Counted from the first letter of the stretch, positions 10,871 through 21,873 are shown. The stretch: 64,000 nt of DNA from Candidatus Hodarchaeota archaeon (GCA_048886685.1 JBHLKM010000002.1:7532-71531); one strand, 5' to 3'. Notes: generated by a model from the sequence alone, not told the origin. A program made the numbers and translations.

Positions 10871-11338
10871 TTGGTGAAATATATGATAATAATAGATAGA
10901 TTTGACCCAAGAAGTGATAAACCTATTTTAAAAGAGATTTTTGAAGATTTCATCGAAAATAAATCTTATTTCTTCTCTCATTGGCAAAAATTTGAAGAAG
11001 AATTGAATCGTAGGGCTCTTGATCTTCAATATAGAAATTCAATGGTAGTGGCTAAAGAAGATGGAAAGATCTTAGGTTTTGGAACTTATACTACATTTAG
11101 GGATTATTTAGGTAATGATAGAGTAATTATTCATCAAGTGCTAACTAAAAAAGAAAATTCTTTTAAAAAAGGAATTGAAGAGAAAGTTATTAAAGAAATC
11201 CAGCTATACGTTAAAAGAACCCTCAAAATCGATAAAGTTTATTACATCTGCCTAGATTCTGATAGTACTTTAAGGAACTTATTTCTAAAGCTTGGTATAA
11301 ATAAGTCCAAATATATATGGTATGAACATGAAATATAA
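10871..11338 (+). CDS. GNAT-fold protein
   Basis: VVAKEDGKILGF strand motif and a degenerate motif A (KKGIEEKVI). Confidence 0.6.
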   Translation: MVKYMIIIDRFDPRSDKPILKEIFEDFIENKSYFFSHWQKFEEELNRRALDLQYRNSMVVAKEDGKILGFGTYTTFRDYLGNDRVIIHQVLTKKENSFKKGIEEKVIKEIQLYVKRTLKIDKVYYICLDSDSTLRNLFLKLGINKSKYIWYEHEI

Positions 11339-11389
11339 CTACTTTTAAAAAAAGCTTCAATATATTAAAAACTATTTTTAAAATGGACT

Positions 11390-12148
11390 GTGAAATTTTT
11401 AATGGAAAAAAATGAAGAACTTATTAAAAAGGCAAAAGAATTAGTACATCAAGAAAAATTTGAAGAAGCAGTAGATATATTAGAAAATCTATATAAAAAT
11501 AATCCTAATTCTAAACAAGTTAAAGATAGCCTTATAGAAACACTATTCATTTATGGGGGATTCCTTAATGATGATTATACCTTACAATTTAAAAAGGCTA
11601 AAGAATTATTCAAAAGAATTATAGAAATCGATTCTAATAATTATAGAGCTCATTATAATCTAGGAATCGCAAATTTTAATTTAGATAAATTCGAAAAAGC
11701 AAAAGAGTGTTATGAAGAAGCAATTAAAATCAAACCAGATTATAAACATTGTCTTTATAACATTGGCTTAATTTACGAAAGAGAAGGGAAATTAGAAGAA
11801 GCATTAAGATACTATGAAAAAGCTTTAGAGATAGATCCTAATTTTCCATACGCAACCAGTGCAAGATCTCATATTCTAAGTAATTTAGAGGACCTAAAAA
11901 GAAGCAAAGATATTTCAAAACAACATCGTAATATTGAACAATTAAAATCATTATTAGACGTCTCAAAACGAATTAGAATTGAGATGATTCAGGGGTTATT
12001 AAATATAGAAAAGGATAAAATGCTTGATGTGCTGATTGATTGGTGTAATAAATACCAATTTGAGATTGATGGTGACTATTTGAACATTAATAAAGCAACC
12101 TTACCAGATTTATTCAAAGTTTTGGATGATGAGGATACTCAAATCTAA
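11390..12148 (+). CDS. TPR protein with C-terminal PCI/winged-helix-like domain
   Basis: Canonical TPRs (AHYNLG...YEEAIKIKP; LYNIG...YEKALEIDP), then SKRIRIEMIQGLL...IDGDYL. Confidence 0.8.
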   Translation: MKFLMEKNEELIKKAKELVHQEKFEEAVDILENLYKNNPNSKQVKDSLIETLFIYGGFLNDDYTLQFKKAKELFKRIIEIDSNNYRAHYNLGIANFNLDKFEKAKECYEEAIKIKPDYKHCLYNIGLIYEREGKLEEALRYYEKALEIDPNFPYATSARSHILSNLEDLKRSKDISKQHRNIEQLKSLLDVSKRIRIEMIQGLLNIEKDKMLDVLIDWCNKYQFEIDGDYLNINKATLPDLFKVLDDEDTQI

Positions 12149-12186
12149 TTTTCATCATAAATTATTGATGATTTGAACAAGAATAT

Positions 12187-12315
12187 TTATTTGGTTAATT
12201 TATGATGAATCGAATAACAAATAATAATTACAACAAGAACTATTATACCTACTATGATGTATCTTACAACTACGGGGTTATCAAATAAATCTTTAATAGC
12301 ATCCCACTGGAACAT
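12187..12315 (-). CDS. Small single-pass membrane protein (42 aa)
   Basis: Below the ORF-track cutoff. Manual translation MFQWDAIKDLFDNPVVVRYIIVGIIVLVVIIICYSIHHKLTK* shows one TM helix with a basic C-terminus. Confidence 0.55.
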   Translation of the reverse strand: MFQWDAIKDLFDNPVVVRYIIVGIIVLVVIIICYSIHHKLTK

Positions 12316-12453
12316 AGAAAACACATCCAAAAAGTTTTAAAATCTTAATAGAACTCGTCATATTTAAAATTTAACAATTGATTTAATAAGAGATCTAATA
12401 AATTGAAAAAATAGAAAGAAAAAGGAAAAAAAATGAAAATTTTTTGATATTAG

Positions 12454-12660
12454 TTATCTCTCTAATTGGAAATTTATCTGAACTCTAACTCTATATATTA
12501 ACTTATCAACATCCTCTTTAACCTTAACGTCGGATTCAATAATTTGAATATTTCTAATGCCACGCAAGGTTTTTTTGGCTTCCGAATAACAATTTTGAAC
12601 GGCATCAGCCCAATTTTTTTCGGAGGTTCCGACTAACTGAATACTTTTATAAACTGGCAT
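12454..12660 (-). CDS. Dodecin family flavin-binding protein
   Basis: VYKSIQLVGTS..WADAV...A.KTLRGI...YRV...I.F pattern, 68 aa. Confidence 0.92.
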   Translation of the reverse strand: MPVYKSIQLVGTSEKNWADAVQNCYSEAKKTLRGIRNIQIIESDVKVKEDVDKLIYRVRVQINFQLER

Positions 12661-12831
12661 TTTGATTTCACTTTTTTTATGTTTTTGTAAGTTAATTTGT
12701 TATAGATTAATATTTAAATATTACTCAGAAAGCTCATAATTCAATTGTATCTAGTTCAAAAATAATTTAAAGAATAAAAAACTAAAAAAATGAAAATTAA
12801 GTTTTAAAAGTTAATATTTAAAATTGAAAAC

Positions 12832-14124
12832 TTATGCATCAAGGTTTTCAAGTAAAGTTGCTATTCCCTGTCCACCACCAACGCAAGCGTTGGCGATACC
12901 ATACTTTGCCTTTTTATCTTTCAAGATTCGAGCAAGAGTTCCAGGAAGCCTTATCATTGTTGCACCTAATGGATGACCGATTGCAGTTGCTCCCCCCATA
13001 ACATTAACTTTTTCCTCAGGAATATTTAGAGCATTCATACAGTTTAAAGTAACAACAGTAAATGCTTCATTAATTTCCCAATAATCAACATCATCAACAG
13101 TTAAACCCGCATGCTTTAAAGCCATTTCAGACGCAGGTACAGGACCTCTACCCATCACTGTTGGATCTACCCCCGCAAACCCAATTGAAACAATTCTTGC
13201 CATTGGCTCAAGACCTCTCTTTTTTGCTTCCTCAGCCTCCATCATAATACATGCCGTAGCTCCCGCATTTAAAGGTGAAGAATTTCCTGCAGTTATTACT
13301 CCTTCTAAAGTACCCTCTCGCTTCTCATAACCTTCTTTTCCACCATTCTTTTCTAAATAAAAAGGTCTTGATAATCTACGTAGTCCTCCTACACCCTCCA
13401 AAGTAGATTTTCTTGCTGCCATATCCCGATCTACCATCATTTTCTCTTCAGTGTTTCCTTCTACATGTCCTTCGATTGGAATAATTTCACCTTTAAACCA
13501 TCCCTTTTCAGTGTTTTCCACCGTTAAATTATGAGATCGTACTCCGAATTTATCTAGATCCTCTTTTGTGAATGTTGGCATTTCTTCTTCGTAAAGTTTT
13601 TGAGCAGTTTGAAGCATTTGACTTGTTGTCATAAAATCATACTGTGGTCTATACCATTCACTCTTTTTATTGATCATATCCATATTTGGGGCGATTTTAT
13701 CATTTTGCATTGGAACTCTCGTCATGTGCTCTACACCTGTTGATAATACACATTTACTAAATCCTGTCATTATTTCCATTATTCCAACATGCATCCCAGC
13801 ACCAGCAGAACCACATTGCTTATCGATAAACATAGCTGAAGTCTTAAAAGGAAATTCGGCTAAAAATCCAGGAATTCTTCCCCCATATGCCCAATTCTCC
13901 CCGACTCCCATAGCAGAACCAACTGTTAATTCATCAATATCTTCTTTTATTATACCTTTATCTGCAAGTTTACCATCGAAGAATTTCATTAACAACGAAG
14001 CAAGAAGCGCATCTCCTCTGATCCCGCCAAATACATCTCTTTCAGGTTGTCTTGGTCTAGATCGTGAAAAAGCTGTACGGGCGTAATCTATCAACCATAC
14101 TTCTTTTAATTCCATTATTTTCAC
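12832..14124 (-). CDS. Acetyl-CoA C-acyltransferase (thiolase)
   Basis: QCGS nucleophile, EINEAF, GHPLGAT and CVGGGQG. Confidence 0.95.
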   Translation of the reverse strand: MKIMELKEVWLIDYARTAFSRSRPRQPERDVFGGIRGDALLASLLMKFFDGKLADKGIIKEDIDELTVGSAMGVGENWAYGGRIPGFLAEFPFKTSAMFIDKQCGSAGAGMHVGIMEIMTGFSKCVLSTGVEHMTRVPMQNDKIAPNMDMINKKSEWYRPQYDFMTTSQMLQTAQKLYEEEMPTFTKEDLDKFGVRSHNLTVENTEKGWFKGEIIPIEGHVEGNTEEKMMVDRDMAARKSTLEGVGGLRRLSRPFYLEKNGGKEGYEKREGTLEGVITAGNSSPLNAGATACIMMEAEEAKKRGLEPMARIVSIGFAGVDPTVMGRGPVPASEMALKHAGLTVDDVDYWEINEAFTVVTLNCMNALNIPEEKVNVMGGATAIGHPLGATMIRLPGTLARILKDKKAKYGIANACVGGGQGIATLLENLDA

Positions 14125-14294
14125 TCTTATATATTTTTTTAATGAATAGTTTTTATATTTATAATTAGAAATTTTTAAACTAGGAAGTTCTAAAAAAGTA
14201 TTAAACTTTTTGCTGATGTCTTTTTTATAGTATCATCCAAAAATAATAAGAGATTATTAGCAGTATTTTTATTGAAAAAATTTTTAGATACAAT

Positions 14295-14717
14295 ATGTCT
14301 AAAAGGAATTTAGATAAAAGTAAAAATCCTTTAGTTTCGATAGTCGCTGGTAGTACTTCAGATAAAGAAGTTTATGAGAAAGCAGAAAAGATACTTAAAA
14401 ATAATGATATTTACTATGATCTTCAAATAATCTCAGCACATAGAGACCCCGATAAATTAGATCAATATTTGAGATCTTCTGAATCTTTAATTTATATTGC
14501 TGTAGCTGGACTTTCTGCTGCCTTACCGGGAGTAATAGCTTCAAAAACAGATAAACCTGTAATTGGCGTACCTGTTAGTGGAAAATTAGGGGGCTTAGAT
14601 GCATTGTTATCTATGGTTCAAATGCCTCCAGGAGTTCCTGTTGCAAGTGTAGGCATTGATAGGGGTGATAATGCTGCTCATCTAGCTATTAGAATACTAA
14701 AGTTATTAAAAAAATAG
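14295..14717 (+). CDS. purE: AIR carboxylase / N5-CAIR mutase
   Basis: [26 protein letters not shown] and QMPPGVPVA. Confidence 0.95.
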   Translation: MSKRNLDKSKNPLVSIVAGSTSDKEVYEKAEKILKNNDIYYDLQIISAHRDPDKLDQYLRSSESLIYIAVAGLSAALPGVIASKTDKPVIGVPVSGKLGGLDALLSMVQMPPGVPVASVGIDRGDNAAHLAIRILKLLKK

Positions 14718-14728
14718 AGATATGGGTA

Positions 14729-15448
14729 TTGTACATGACAGATAATTTAATAGAAACTGGAAAGAAGAATGCTGCTATAAAAGCTGTGGATGAAAATGTG
14801 AAAAAGAATATGATCATCGGAATTGGTAGCGGTTCTACTGTGGTATATGCAGTACAGAGATTGGGTGAAATAAATAAAGAAAATACTATGAATTTGAAAT
14901 GCATACCGAGTTCATTTCAAGCTTATCAGTTAATAATACAGAATGGTTTAGAATTGGTTTCTCTTGAGCAATTTCCGGAAATAGATATAGATCTTGATGG
15001 CGCAGATGAATTAGATAAAAACCTTAATTTAATAAAGGGTGGGGGAGGTTGCTTGGTCCAAGAAAAAATAGTTGCATCAAATTCAAAAGAATTAATAATT
15101 ATTGCAGACTTTAGAAAAAATTCGGAAACACTAGGAACGAAATGGAAAAAAGGGATCCCTATAGAAGTGATTCCTATGTCCTATTTTCCAATTATGAACA
15201 AATTAAAAAAGTTAGGGGGAAAACCAACTCTTCGAATGGCAAAATCTAAAAGTGGACCGTTAATAACAGATAACGGGAATTTTATTGTAGATGTAGATTT
15301 TGGTGAAATCAATAATCCGGGAGAACTGAATATGGAGTTTTTAAAAATTGCGGGTGTTGTTGATACAGGCTTGTTTGTTAATATGACTTCGAAAGCTTAT
15401 ATCGGTTTAGAAGATGGAAAGGTATTAACTCTTTTTAAAAAAAAATAA
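14729..15448 (+). CDS. rpiA: Ribose-5-phosphate isomerase A
   Basis: GIGSGST, DGADE, IKGGGG and TDNGN. Confidence 0.97.
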   Translation: MYMTDNLIETGKKNAAIKAVDENVKKNMIIGIGSGSTVVYAVQRLGEINKENTMNLKCIPSSFQAYQLIIQNGLELVSLEQFPEIDIDLDGADELDKNLNLIKGGGGCLVQEKIVASNSKELIIIADFRKNSETLGTKWKKGIPIEVIPMSYFPIMNKLKKLGGKPTLRMAKSKSGPLITDNGNFIVDVDFGEINNPGELNMEFLKIAGVVDTGLFVNMTSKAYIGLEDGKVLTLFKKK

Positions 15449-15472
15449 AATATTAATTTCTGAAAAGATCTA

Positions 15473-18400
15473 TTACTCCTCTTGTTGGTTAAAAGTAAGC
15501 GATTCTCCACAGTGGGGGCAGAATTTTTTAGGCGTTTTGATAAATCCTCCACAGAATGGGCAATACATTGATGGTCCTAATTGAGTTATTGGTTCAGGTG
15601 TAATATATGTATCATCTTCTTTTTCATACGAGGGTTGGTAATAATAATCTTGGTGTCTGGGTTCATATCTTACTAGCTTTGTAAACCTTTTCTTTCTTAC
15701 AAGGTAAATTGACATACCAGCTATCGCTATAAGGGCAATCACTCCAACAACTATAAGAATTATTATAGAATAATCTATTGGCCTTTCAGATATCATTAAA
15801 ATAATAATAAATTCATCGAATTCTCCTTCGCTATCATAAGCAGTAATGTATAAAACACCTAGATATCCCTTATTAGTTGAGAAGTCGTAATCAGCCGCTG
15901 TAGACACGGATTTAGTTCCAGCAATTGAACTATAATTCATTGAGTTTGGAATTGTAAAAGTTCCCTCGTATTTATCAGAAAGTGCTTCATAAGATAATTC
16001 GCCAACTATAATTGAGGAAGGAAAAATAAAAATAATGTAATTATCGTCAGTTACAGACGCCATTATTAAGTTTATAAAAATTCGCATGTTAGAATTGTTA
16101 TCTTCATAATCAACTGAGTCTCTAACATCTATTGTAAAATCGAACGTACTACCTTGGGTAGTAGCATACACTAAGGTTCCAGTATCTGTTTCTACATCAT
16201 CAAATATAATTTCCGAACCTCCATCAAAATTAAAACTTGAAGTAGTTTTTAATATTTCCGGGGGATTGTTCACGATTTCAAATCTAACTCTTGGTGAATA
16301 TGGATTAGTATAATTTTCATTTGAAGGTATAATGTAAAAAACAGCATATCCTGAGGGATTGCTTTTATCAGGATAAAAAGTGTTTTTATAATTATTAGCG
16401 GCAGAATGATTGAATATCAATGTTTTATTTATTGATTTCTTTGAATTAAAAAACGAGTATGAGTAGATAGACAAAAATCCGTTAATATTCCCATACGTGG
16501 ATTTATCGAGCTCAGCATTTAATGTGTTGGATTCATCAATTGCTCTTGTTATGTTTGTATTGCTAGCCCATAAACTACTGATAATTGGGACTTTCGAATC
16601 ATCAAAATAAAGGATCTTAGTCGATTTACTATAAATTATTGAGCCAATAGTTAGATTGACTATAACTGAATAAGGATTATAACTTGGTGCTGGTAAATTA
16701 TAAGTATCGTTAAGATATATTCCACTACTATTATAATTCATATTTAAATCAATTGACGCGTTATAGGATGCGTTTTTTATAGTGATTTCTAATGAATCGT
16801 AATCCATACTAGTGATTGGAGACTCTGAAGTTTGATCCTTTAGATATAATGAGATATTGACCTGAGAATTTGATGTATATTCAAAGTCTACCTTTATATT
16901 AATCGAAGCATCATCCTGAGGTAGAAGAAAGTTTAAGATATTTTCTAATAGATTATTATGATCTTGTGAATAAGAAGATGATGAGTAATAATCAAAAATC
17001 CAATATAAATCTCCAAAACCTAGAAATCGACCCTTACCATAGGACGTTCCATTATATTTAGCAACAACTGTCTTACTATTTATGCTAGCAATTGATTCTC
17101 CTTTATTTGATACAGTAAAACTGTTACCAATCAACCAATGGAACTTAGTGACATCATTAAAAATTATTGGATCATTGAAATCTTGAACACTTTGAGAGCT
17201 CACGCTTGCACCAATTCCATACCAGTTATCGTTCATTATGTTTTCTTCATTAATCTGGATGTCTAAACCTAATTCTGAAAACATATCATTGATATTTTCC
17301 GTGACTAAATCTTGATACCGAGTACCTAAAAATAATATATTTCCCCCTCTATCAAAATAATTCTTTAAATTTGAAATCTCATATGGGCTGTAAGGTAATA
17401 TAGGTGCTTGAAGTACTACAAGATCATATTGTGCTAACCTTTCTTCTGTTAATATCGAATTGCTTGTATTTTTATTATAATCTGGAGTCCAGTATTCCAT
17501 TTTATAATCAATTGATATATTCATTTCCGAAATATCGCTCATTACTTCATAAAAACCCATTTGATTAAATGTGAATTCTGGAAACCAATCATTTAAACCG
17601 TGATAAGATTCCATTAATATATTATACTCTGGTAATCTAATATCTAAATCTATATTTACCACATCATAAATTTGACCTCCAACTGTTAAGTTAAGCTCAA
17701 CTTCTCTAATACCCGGAATAGCATCATTTTTAATTTTAATATCTAATTCTACAAAATCTATTCCTGGATCAGAAAAAATAATTGTGGATTTATCGACAGT
17801 AAGCGAAACACCTTGAATATTAGAAGGCACTTCTATTTCATATGTATTACTTTTACCCGAAAGTACAGTTAAGTTAAATTTTTGATGATCGCCAGGAAAG
17901 CGTAATAAATCATAAGGTTTAATTGGTAGATTATCAGGATACACTATGGCAGTATCATTATAATTAGGAGAAAGGCTATCAAGATAGTTTAATGATGCCG
18001 ATACATTTATTAAACCCGCTCCTGATTTAAGGTAATCGTCATCCGCTTCACTAGAAAGTATACTTGCTCCTTCTAATAGAGCAATTCTCGCAGTTTCTGG
18101 TGTTAAATTGGGATAAGCATCTTTTAATATAGCTAGAGCACCAGATACCATAGGAGCAGACATACTTGTTCCACTTAATGGTATATAATCAGCATCACCA
18201 GAAAAATCAAAATAGTTCCCAATATAGCGTTCTTCTTTTGAAATGGTTGAACCTTTTGCTTCTGTTGAGATAATATTGATTCCTGGAGCTACAACATCAG
18301 GGTACCCTAAATATCCAAATGTTGGCCCCCAACTACTAAAAAATGCAAGTTCGTCATTTTGATCGGTTGCACCTACGGCAATCACGTCTATACCAGAAGC

Positions 18401-19477
18401 AGGTGTTGAACCTGTAAAATAATCAGGTCCTTCATTCCCAGCAGACGCTACAAAAATAACACCATAAGCATCTTGAGCATTTGTTATCGCTTGAGTTATT
18501 AAATCCGAAATGTATGGATAACCTCCACCAAAACTCATTGATATTATATCAGCATCAGCTCCTCCTAAACCAATTGGTTTAGAACTCCAATCAATTGCGT
18601 TAATAATGTCTGCTTCTTCCAAACCACTGTTATTTCCTGCTCTAGCGTTGATTAAGGAAACTCCAGGAGCGACACCACGATATTTTCCATCAGAACCTGT
18701 TCCATCACCACCAATAATTCCAGCAACATGAGTACCGTGTCCCACATCATCATCATAATTCGATGGATCTTCATCATGGACAAAATTTTGATTAGCTACA
18801 ACATTTAGTGAAGGATGGTTATAAATCCCTGTATCAATTACAGCAACCCTCACACCTGATCCATCATAAGCTAAACTCTCTGCCCCTATTGCGGGCAACC
18901 ACCAATTAGGATAGTCATCATCATTTAAAGCACTTAATTGGACTGAATTGTCTAAAATATAGGGATTTTCGAGTATCTCTGATTTATAAATCTTTTTTAT
19001 ATCTGCAATTTTCATTAAACTATTTTCTTTTGATAATAATTCTAATGGATTTAATTTGAGATATGTTCCTGAAATAATGTCATAATGAGAAATAATCGTG
19101 AAATCATTGAAGACTGACTTAATAATCTCTTCTCTTAGTACGGGATAAACCTCCTCTTCAAAGAGAATAACAACCTTAATATCTTGTACATGATTTTGAG
19201 AGTTAAGTGATATATTAGTTAAAAATAGCTTAAGATTATCATCGAAAATTGATACATCATTATTGGATGTTGTAGCTGAACCTGTATTATCTGATTGTAG
19301 ACCATCGGAAGGATTAGAAGTCAGAAAATCTGTATTCAGCCCATTTACTTGACCAGAGAAGTTGTTATAATTATTAATAGCCCCCAATCTTAATGATACA
19401 GGGAGCTGAATAGCCACAACAGCACAGATAAACATTATAAAAAATACTTTTTTTCCTGATTTTCTCATAGACAACAC
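15473..19477 (-). CDS. Membrane-anchored S8 subtilase with GIFT-like domain and C-terminal double zinc ribbon
   Basis: Signal-like N-terminus; VAVIDTG, HGTHVAG, SAGNEG, GTSMSAP; C-terminal TM (IIILIVVGVIALIAIAGMSIYLV) and CPFCG..CPHCG tail. Confidence 0.92.
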   Translation of the reverse strand: MLSMRKSGKKVFFIMFICAVVAIQLPVSLRLGAINNYNNFSGQVNGLNTDFLTSNPSDGLQSDNTGSATTSNNDVSIFDDNLKLFLTNISLNSQNHVQDIKVVILFEEEVYPVLREEIIKSVFNDFTIISHYDIISGTYLKLNPLELLSKENSLMKIADIKKIYKSEILENPYILDNSVQLSALNDDDYPNWWLPAIGAESLAYDGSGVRVAVIDTGIYNHPSLNVVANQNFVHDEDPSNYDDDVGHGTHVAGIIGGDGTGSDGKYRGVAPGVSLINARAGNNSGLEEADIINAIDWSSKPIGLGGADADIISMSFGGGYPYISDLITQAITNAQDAYGVIFVASAGNEGPDYFTGSTPASGIDVIAVGATDQNDELAFFSSWGPTFGYLGYPDVVAPGINIISTEAKGSTISKEERYIGNYFDFSGDADYIPLSGTSMSAPMVSGALAILKDAYPNLTPETARIALLEGASILSSEADDDYLKSGAGLINVSASLNYLDSLSPNYNDTAIVYPDNLPIKPYDLLRFPGDHQKFNLTVLSGKSNTYEIEVPSNIQGVSLTVDKSTIIFSDPGIDFVELDIKIKNDAIPGIREVELNLTVGGQIYDVVNIDLDIRLPEYNILMESYHGLNDWFPEFTFNQMGFYEVMSDISEMNISIDYKMEYWTPDYNKNTSNSILTEERLAQYDLVVLQAPILPYSPYEISNLKNYFDRGGNILFLGTRYQDLVTENINDMFSELGLDIQINEENIMNDNWYGIGASVSSQSVQDFNDPIIFNDVTKFHWLIGNSFTVSNKGESIASINSKTVVAKYNGTSYGKGRFLGFGDLYWIFDYYSSSSYSQDHNNLLENILNFLLPQDDASINIKVDFEYTSNSQVNISLYLKDQTSESPITSMDYDSLEITIKNASYNASIDLNMNYNSSGIYLNDTYNLPAPSYNPYSVIVNLTIGSIIYSKSTKILYFDDSKVPIISSLWASNTNITRAIDESNTLNAELDKSTYGNINGFLSIYSYSFFNSKKSINKTLIFNHSAANNYKNTFYPDKSNPSGYAVFYIIPSNENYTNPYSPRVRFEIVNNPPEILKTTSSFNFDGGSEIIFDDVETDTGTLVYATTQGSTFDFTIDVRDSVDYEDNNSNMRIFINLIMASVTDDNYIIFIFPSSIIVGELSYEALSDKYEGTFTIPNSMNYSSIAGTKSVSTAADYDFSTNKGYLGVLYITAYDSEGEFDEFIIILMISERPIDYSIIILIVVGVIALIAIAGMSIYLVRKKRFTKLVRYEPRHQDYYYQPSYEKEDDTYITPEPITQLGPSMYCPFCGGFIKTPKKFCPHCGESLTFNQQEE

Positions 19478-19748
19478 AAAAAAGAATAGCTATTTAATCT
19501 TTCTTTTAATAACTTAAAAAAATAATTTGTTATAAAATTATAGATTCTACATTTCTAGAATAATTGATTTATGGTCTAAAGGGAATAAATGGAGTCATAA
19601 GTTAACTTAGATTCCCCATAACTTACCTTGGCTTTTTTTATTATTCAAAGTCTAATTAATAATTGTATTAATTATATCATTTCTTATTTTACTATAGAAT
19701 AGTTTATAAACATAATTTTCTGGTTCCTTTACATAAAAATTAAGGATC

Positions 19749-19793
19749 TACCAAAGGCTTTTAAGTAAATATTTCTTCATTACTTTTAATCCA
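19749..19793 (+). promoter_or_regulatory. Putative BRE/TATA promoter block, copy 1
   Basis: TACCAAAGGCTTTTAAG... just upstream of the TPR gene at 19807; 38/45 identical to the reverse complement of 24591-24635. Confidence 0.55.
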
Positions 19794-19806
19794 AAAACTC
19801 TAACTG

Positions 19807-21873
19807 ATGCATATAATGTCTAGACTACTCCCAAAAGAATTAGTTCGGGCAAAAGAACTTATGGATCAGGCTAAATTAGAGGAAGCACTTGAGATAATAG
19901 AAAATTATGAGAAGATTGAATCACTTTCGTCTAGGGACCAACTCTCTGCACTTCTAATTAAAGCAACTATATATCGTTATAATCGTCAATATAGAAAAAG
20001 TTTAGAAATATCTGAACTCGCATATCAAATAAGCCAAGAACTAGGTTTAATGTTTGAATCTGCTGAGGCTCTTATCAGAAAAATGGTTGTAACATGGCTT
20101 GGGGATCTTGATAAAGCATCTGCTTATGCTTCAGATGCCGAGAGAAGGTTGAATTCTCTTGATGATGATTATTCTACAAGAATCCTTAGAAGAACTCTAG
20201 TATATTCAAAATCATGGATTCAATTTTTCAGAATTGACTTCAATGGGGCAGAAGAATTGGCCCTAGAGAGCTTGAAACAATTAAAAGAAGAAAAATCAGG
20301 GAATAAATTAGATCTTGCGGCAACTTACCTTTTATTAGGATGGATAAACTTATATCGAAGAAATTTAACAGAAGCATTAGATTATGCCATGAAGAGTTTA
20401 AAACATGATAAAGTCTTAAGTTATAATGTTGCAATCGCAGATGATTATAGTCTCATCGCAAGAATATATCGCTTTGAGGGTAACTATGATCAAGCTTTAG
20501 AATATTGTAAACTCAGTTTATCGATTAAGGAAATTAGTAAACGCTGTAAACTTAATGTTTTAGAGACTTTTTCTGATATTTATTACTTGAAGAGCGAACT
20601 TAATAAATCTTTAAGCTACCGACAACAAGCAGTATCACTAGCAGAAGAGCTTCAAATGAATGACCTATTAATTATGGATTTGCTTTCAATGGGATATTTG
20701 TACAGAACTATGGGCAAATATGATCAGGCTGTAGACTATTTTGAACGTGGTTTAACTCTTTCGGAAAAATGGGGTTTCACTTTTTTTATGAGTACCGCTC
20801 TCTTTCTTCTTGTTTACACATATTTAGATCAAAACTTACGTGAAAGAGCAAACCGATACTTTTCTCGAATATCTGATTTATATGATAAGACTAAAGAACG
20901 AGCAGATATTAATATTTACCCTAATTATTTACTTTCAAAAGCATACATGATGAAAACAAGTACGAGAATGCGTGATCGTGTGAAAGCACAAGCATTATAT
21001 AAAGAGCTCATAGCAATGAAATTCATTAGTGGAGATGCATTAATTCTATCAATGGGTAATTTATGCGATCTTCTCTTAGAAGAGCTATCCTTGCACAATG
21101 ATCCTGAAATACTGGATGAAATTGCTCCACTAATTACCAAAAGCTTAGACATGGCAGAAAAAGCAAATAACTATTATTGGTTGGCAGAGACAAAATTATT
21201 GCAAGCAAAATTAGCATTAATCCAGATGAATACCGAGGAAGCTAAAAAGTTAATGGTGGAAGCGCAACGCATCGCTGATTTTCGTGGTCTTGATTTATTA
21301 GCATGGGGAATTTCAAGTGAGCATGATAAATTATTAGAGCAATTAGACGTTTGGAATAAAGTTAAAGAAGAACAAACTCCCATGGCAGAACGGGTTAAAT
21401 TGGCATCAACCAATGGAGTCTTAGGACGTATTCAAGGCAAGGGAACAATAGAGCCTCCCGAATCGGTTGATGAGCAATCCACAGTACTCCTGATTTTGGC
21501 TGAAGGTGGTATTTTGGTGTTCTCTTACCCCTTTTCAGATGAATGGAGGATTGATGAGGATCTTTTCAGTAGTTTCTTATCAGCTTTTAAATCTTTTAGC
21601 ACTGAATTTTTTTCCAAGGGACTTGATAGAGTGAAATTTGGTGATGATATGATGCTCATGGAATCGATTGGCAACTTTTCGTTTTGCTATTTGTTTAAAG
21701 GGCAGACATATTTAGCGAGGCAAAAGCTTACCAAATTCACAGAGGAATTACAGCAAAATTCTTCATTATGGCAAGATATGGAACAGCATTATAAGACAAG
21801 TCAAGTCCTTGAACTGAGAGAAAATCCTCAGTTGGAATCACTAATTACTGAAATATTTATAAGTAAAAGTTAA
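19807..21873 (+). CDS. TPR protein with C-terminal longin-like domain (paralog 1)
   Basis: Long TPR array followed by VLLILAEGGILVFSYPF...FSSFLSAF..FS.EFFSKGLDR.KFG...CYLFKGQ. Confidence 0.85.
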   Translation: MHIMSRLLPKELVRAKELMDQAKLEEALEIIENYEKIESLSSRDQLSALLIKATIYRYNRQYRKSLEISELAYQISQELGLMFESAEALIRKMVVTWLGDLDKASAYASDAERRLNSLDDDYSTRILRRTLVYSKSWIQFFRIDFNGAEELALESLKQLKEEKSGNKLDLAATYLLLGWINLYRRNLTEALDYAMKSLKHDKVLSYNVAIADDYSLIARIYRFEGNYDQALEYCKLSLSIKEISKRCKLNVLETFSDIYYLKSELNKSLSYRQQAVSLAEELQMNDLLIMDLLSMGYLYRTMGKYDQAVDYFERGLTLSEKWGFTFFMSTALFLLVYTYLDQNLRERANRYFSRISDLYDKTKERADINIYPNYLLSKAYMMKTSTRMRDRVKAQALYKELIAMKFISGDALILSMGNLCDLLLEELSLHNDPEILDEIAPLITKSLDMAEKANNYYWLAETKLLQAKLALIQMNTEEAKKLMVEAQRIADFRGLDLLAWGISSEHDKLLEQLDVWNKVKEEQTPMAERVKLASTNGVLGRIQGKGTIEPPESVDEQSTVLLILAEGGILVFSYPFSDEWRIDEDLFSSFLSAFKSFSTEFFSKGLDRVKFGDDMMLMESIGNFSFCYLFKGQTYLARQKLTKFTEELQQNSSLWQDMEQHYKTSQVLELRENPQLESLITEIFISKS

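Noticed and set aside
19570-19590. Possible att duplicate of the tRNA-Ala 3' end
   Set aside because: Only loose similarity (tggtctaaagggaat vs tggacctagcgggaat) and no integrase; an integrated element cannot be supported.
19598-19609. Perfect palindrome TAAGTTAACTTA in the divergent promoter region
   Set aside because: An AT-rich 12-mer expected by chance; no second copy noticed.
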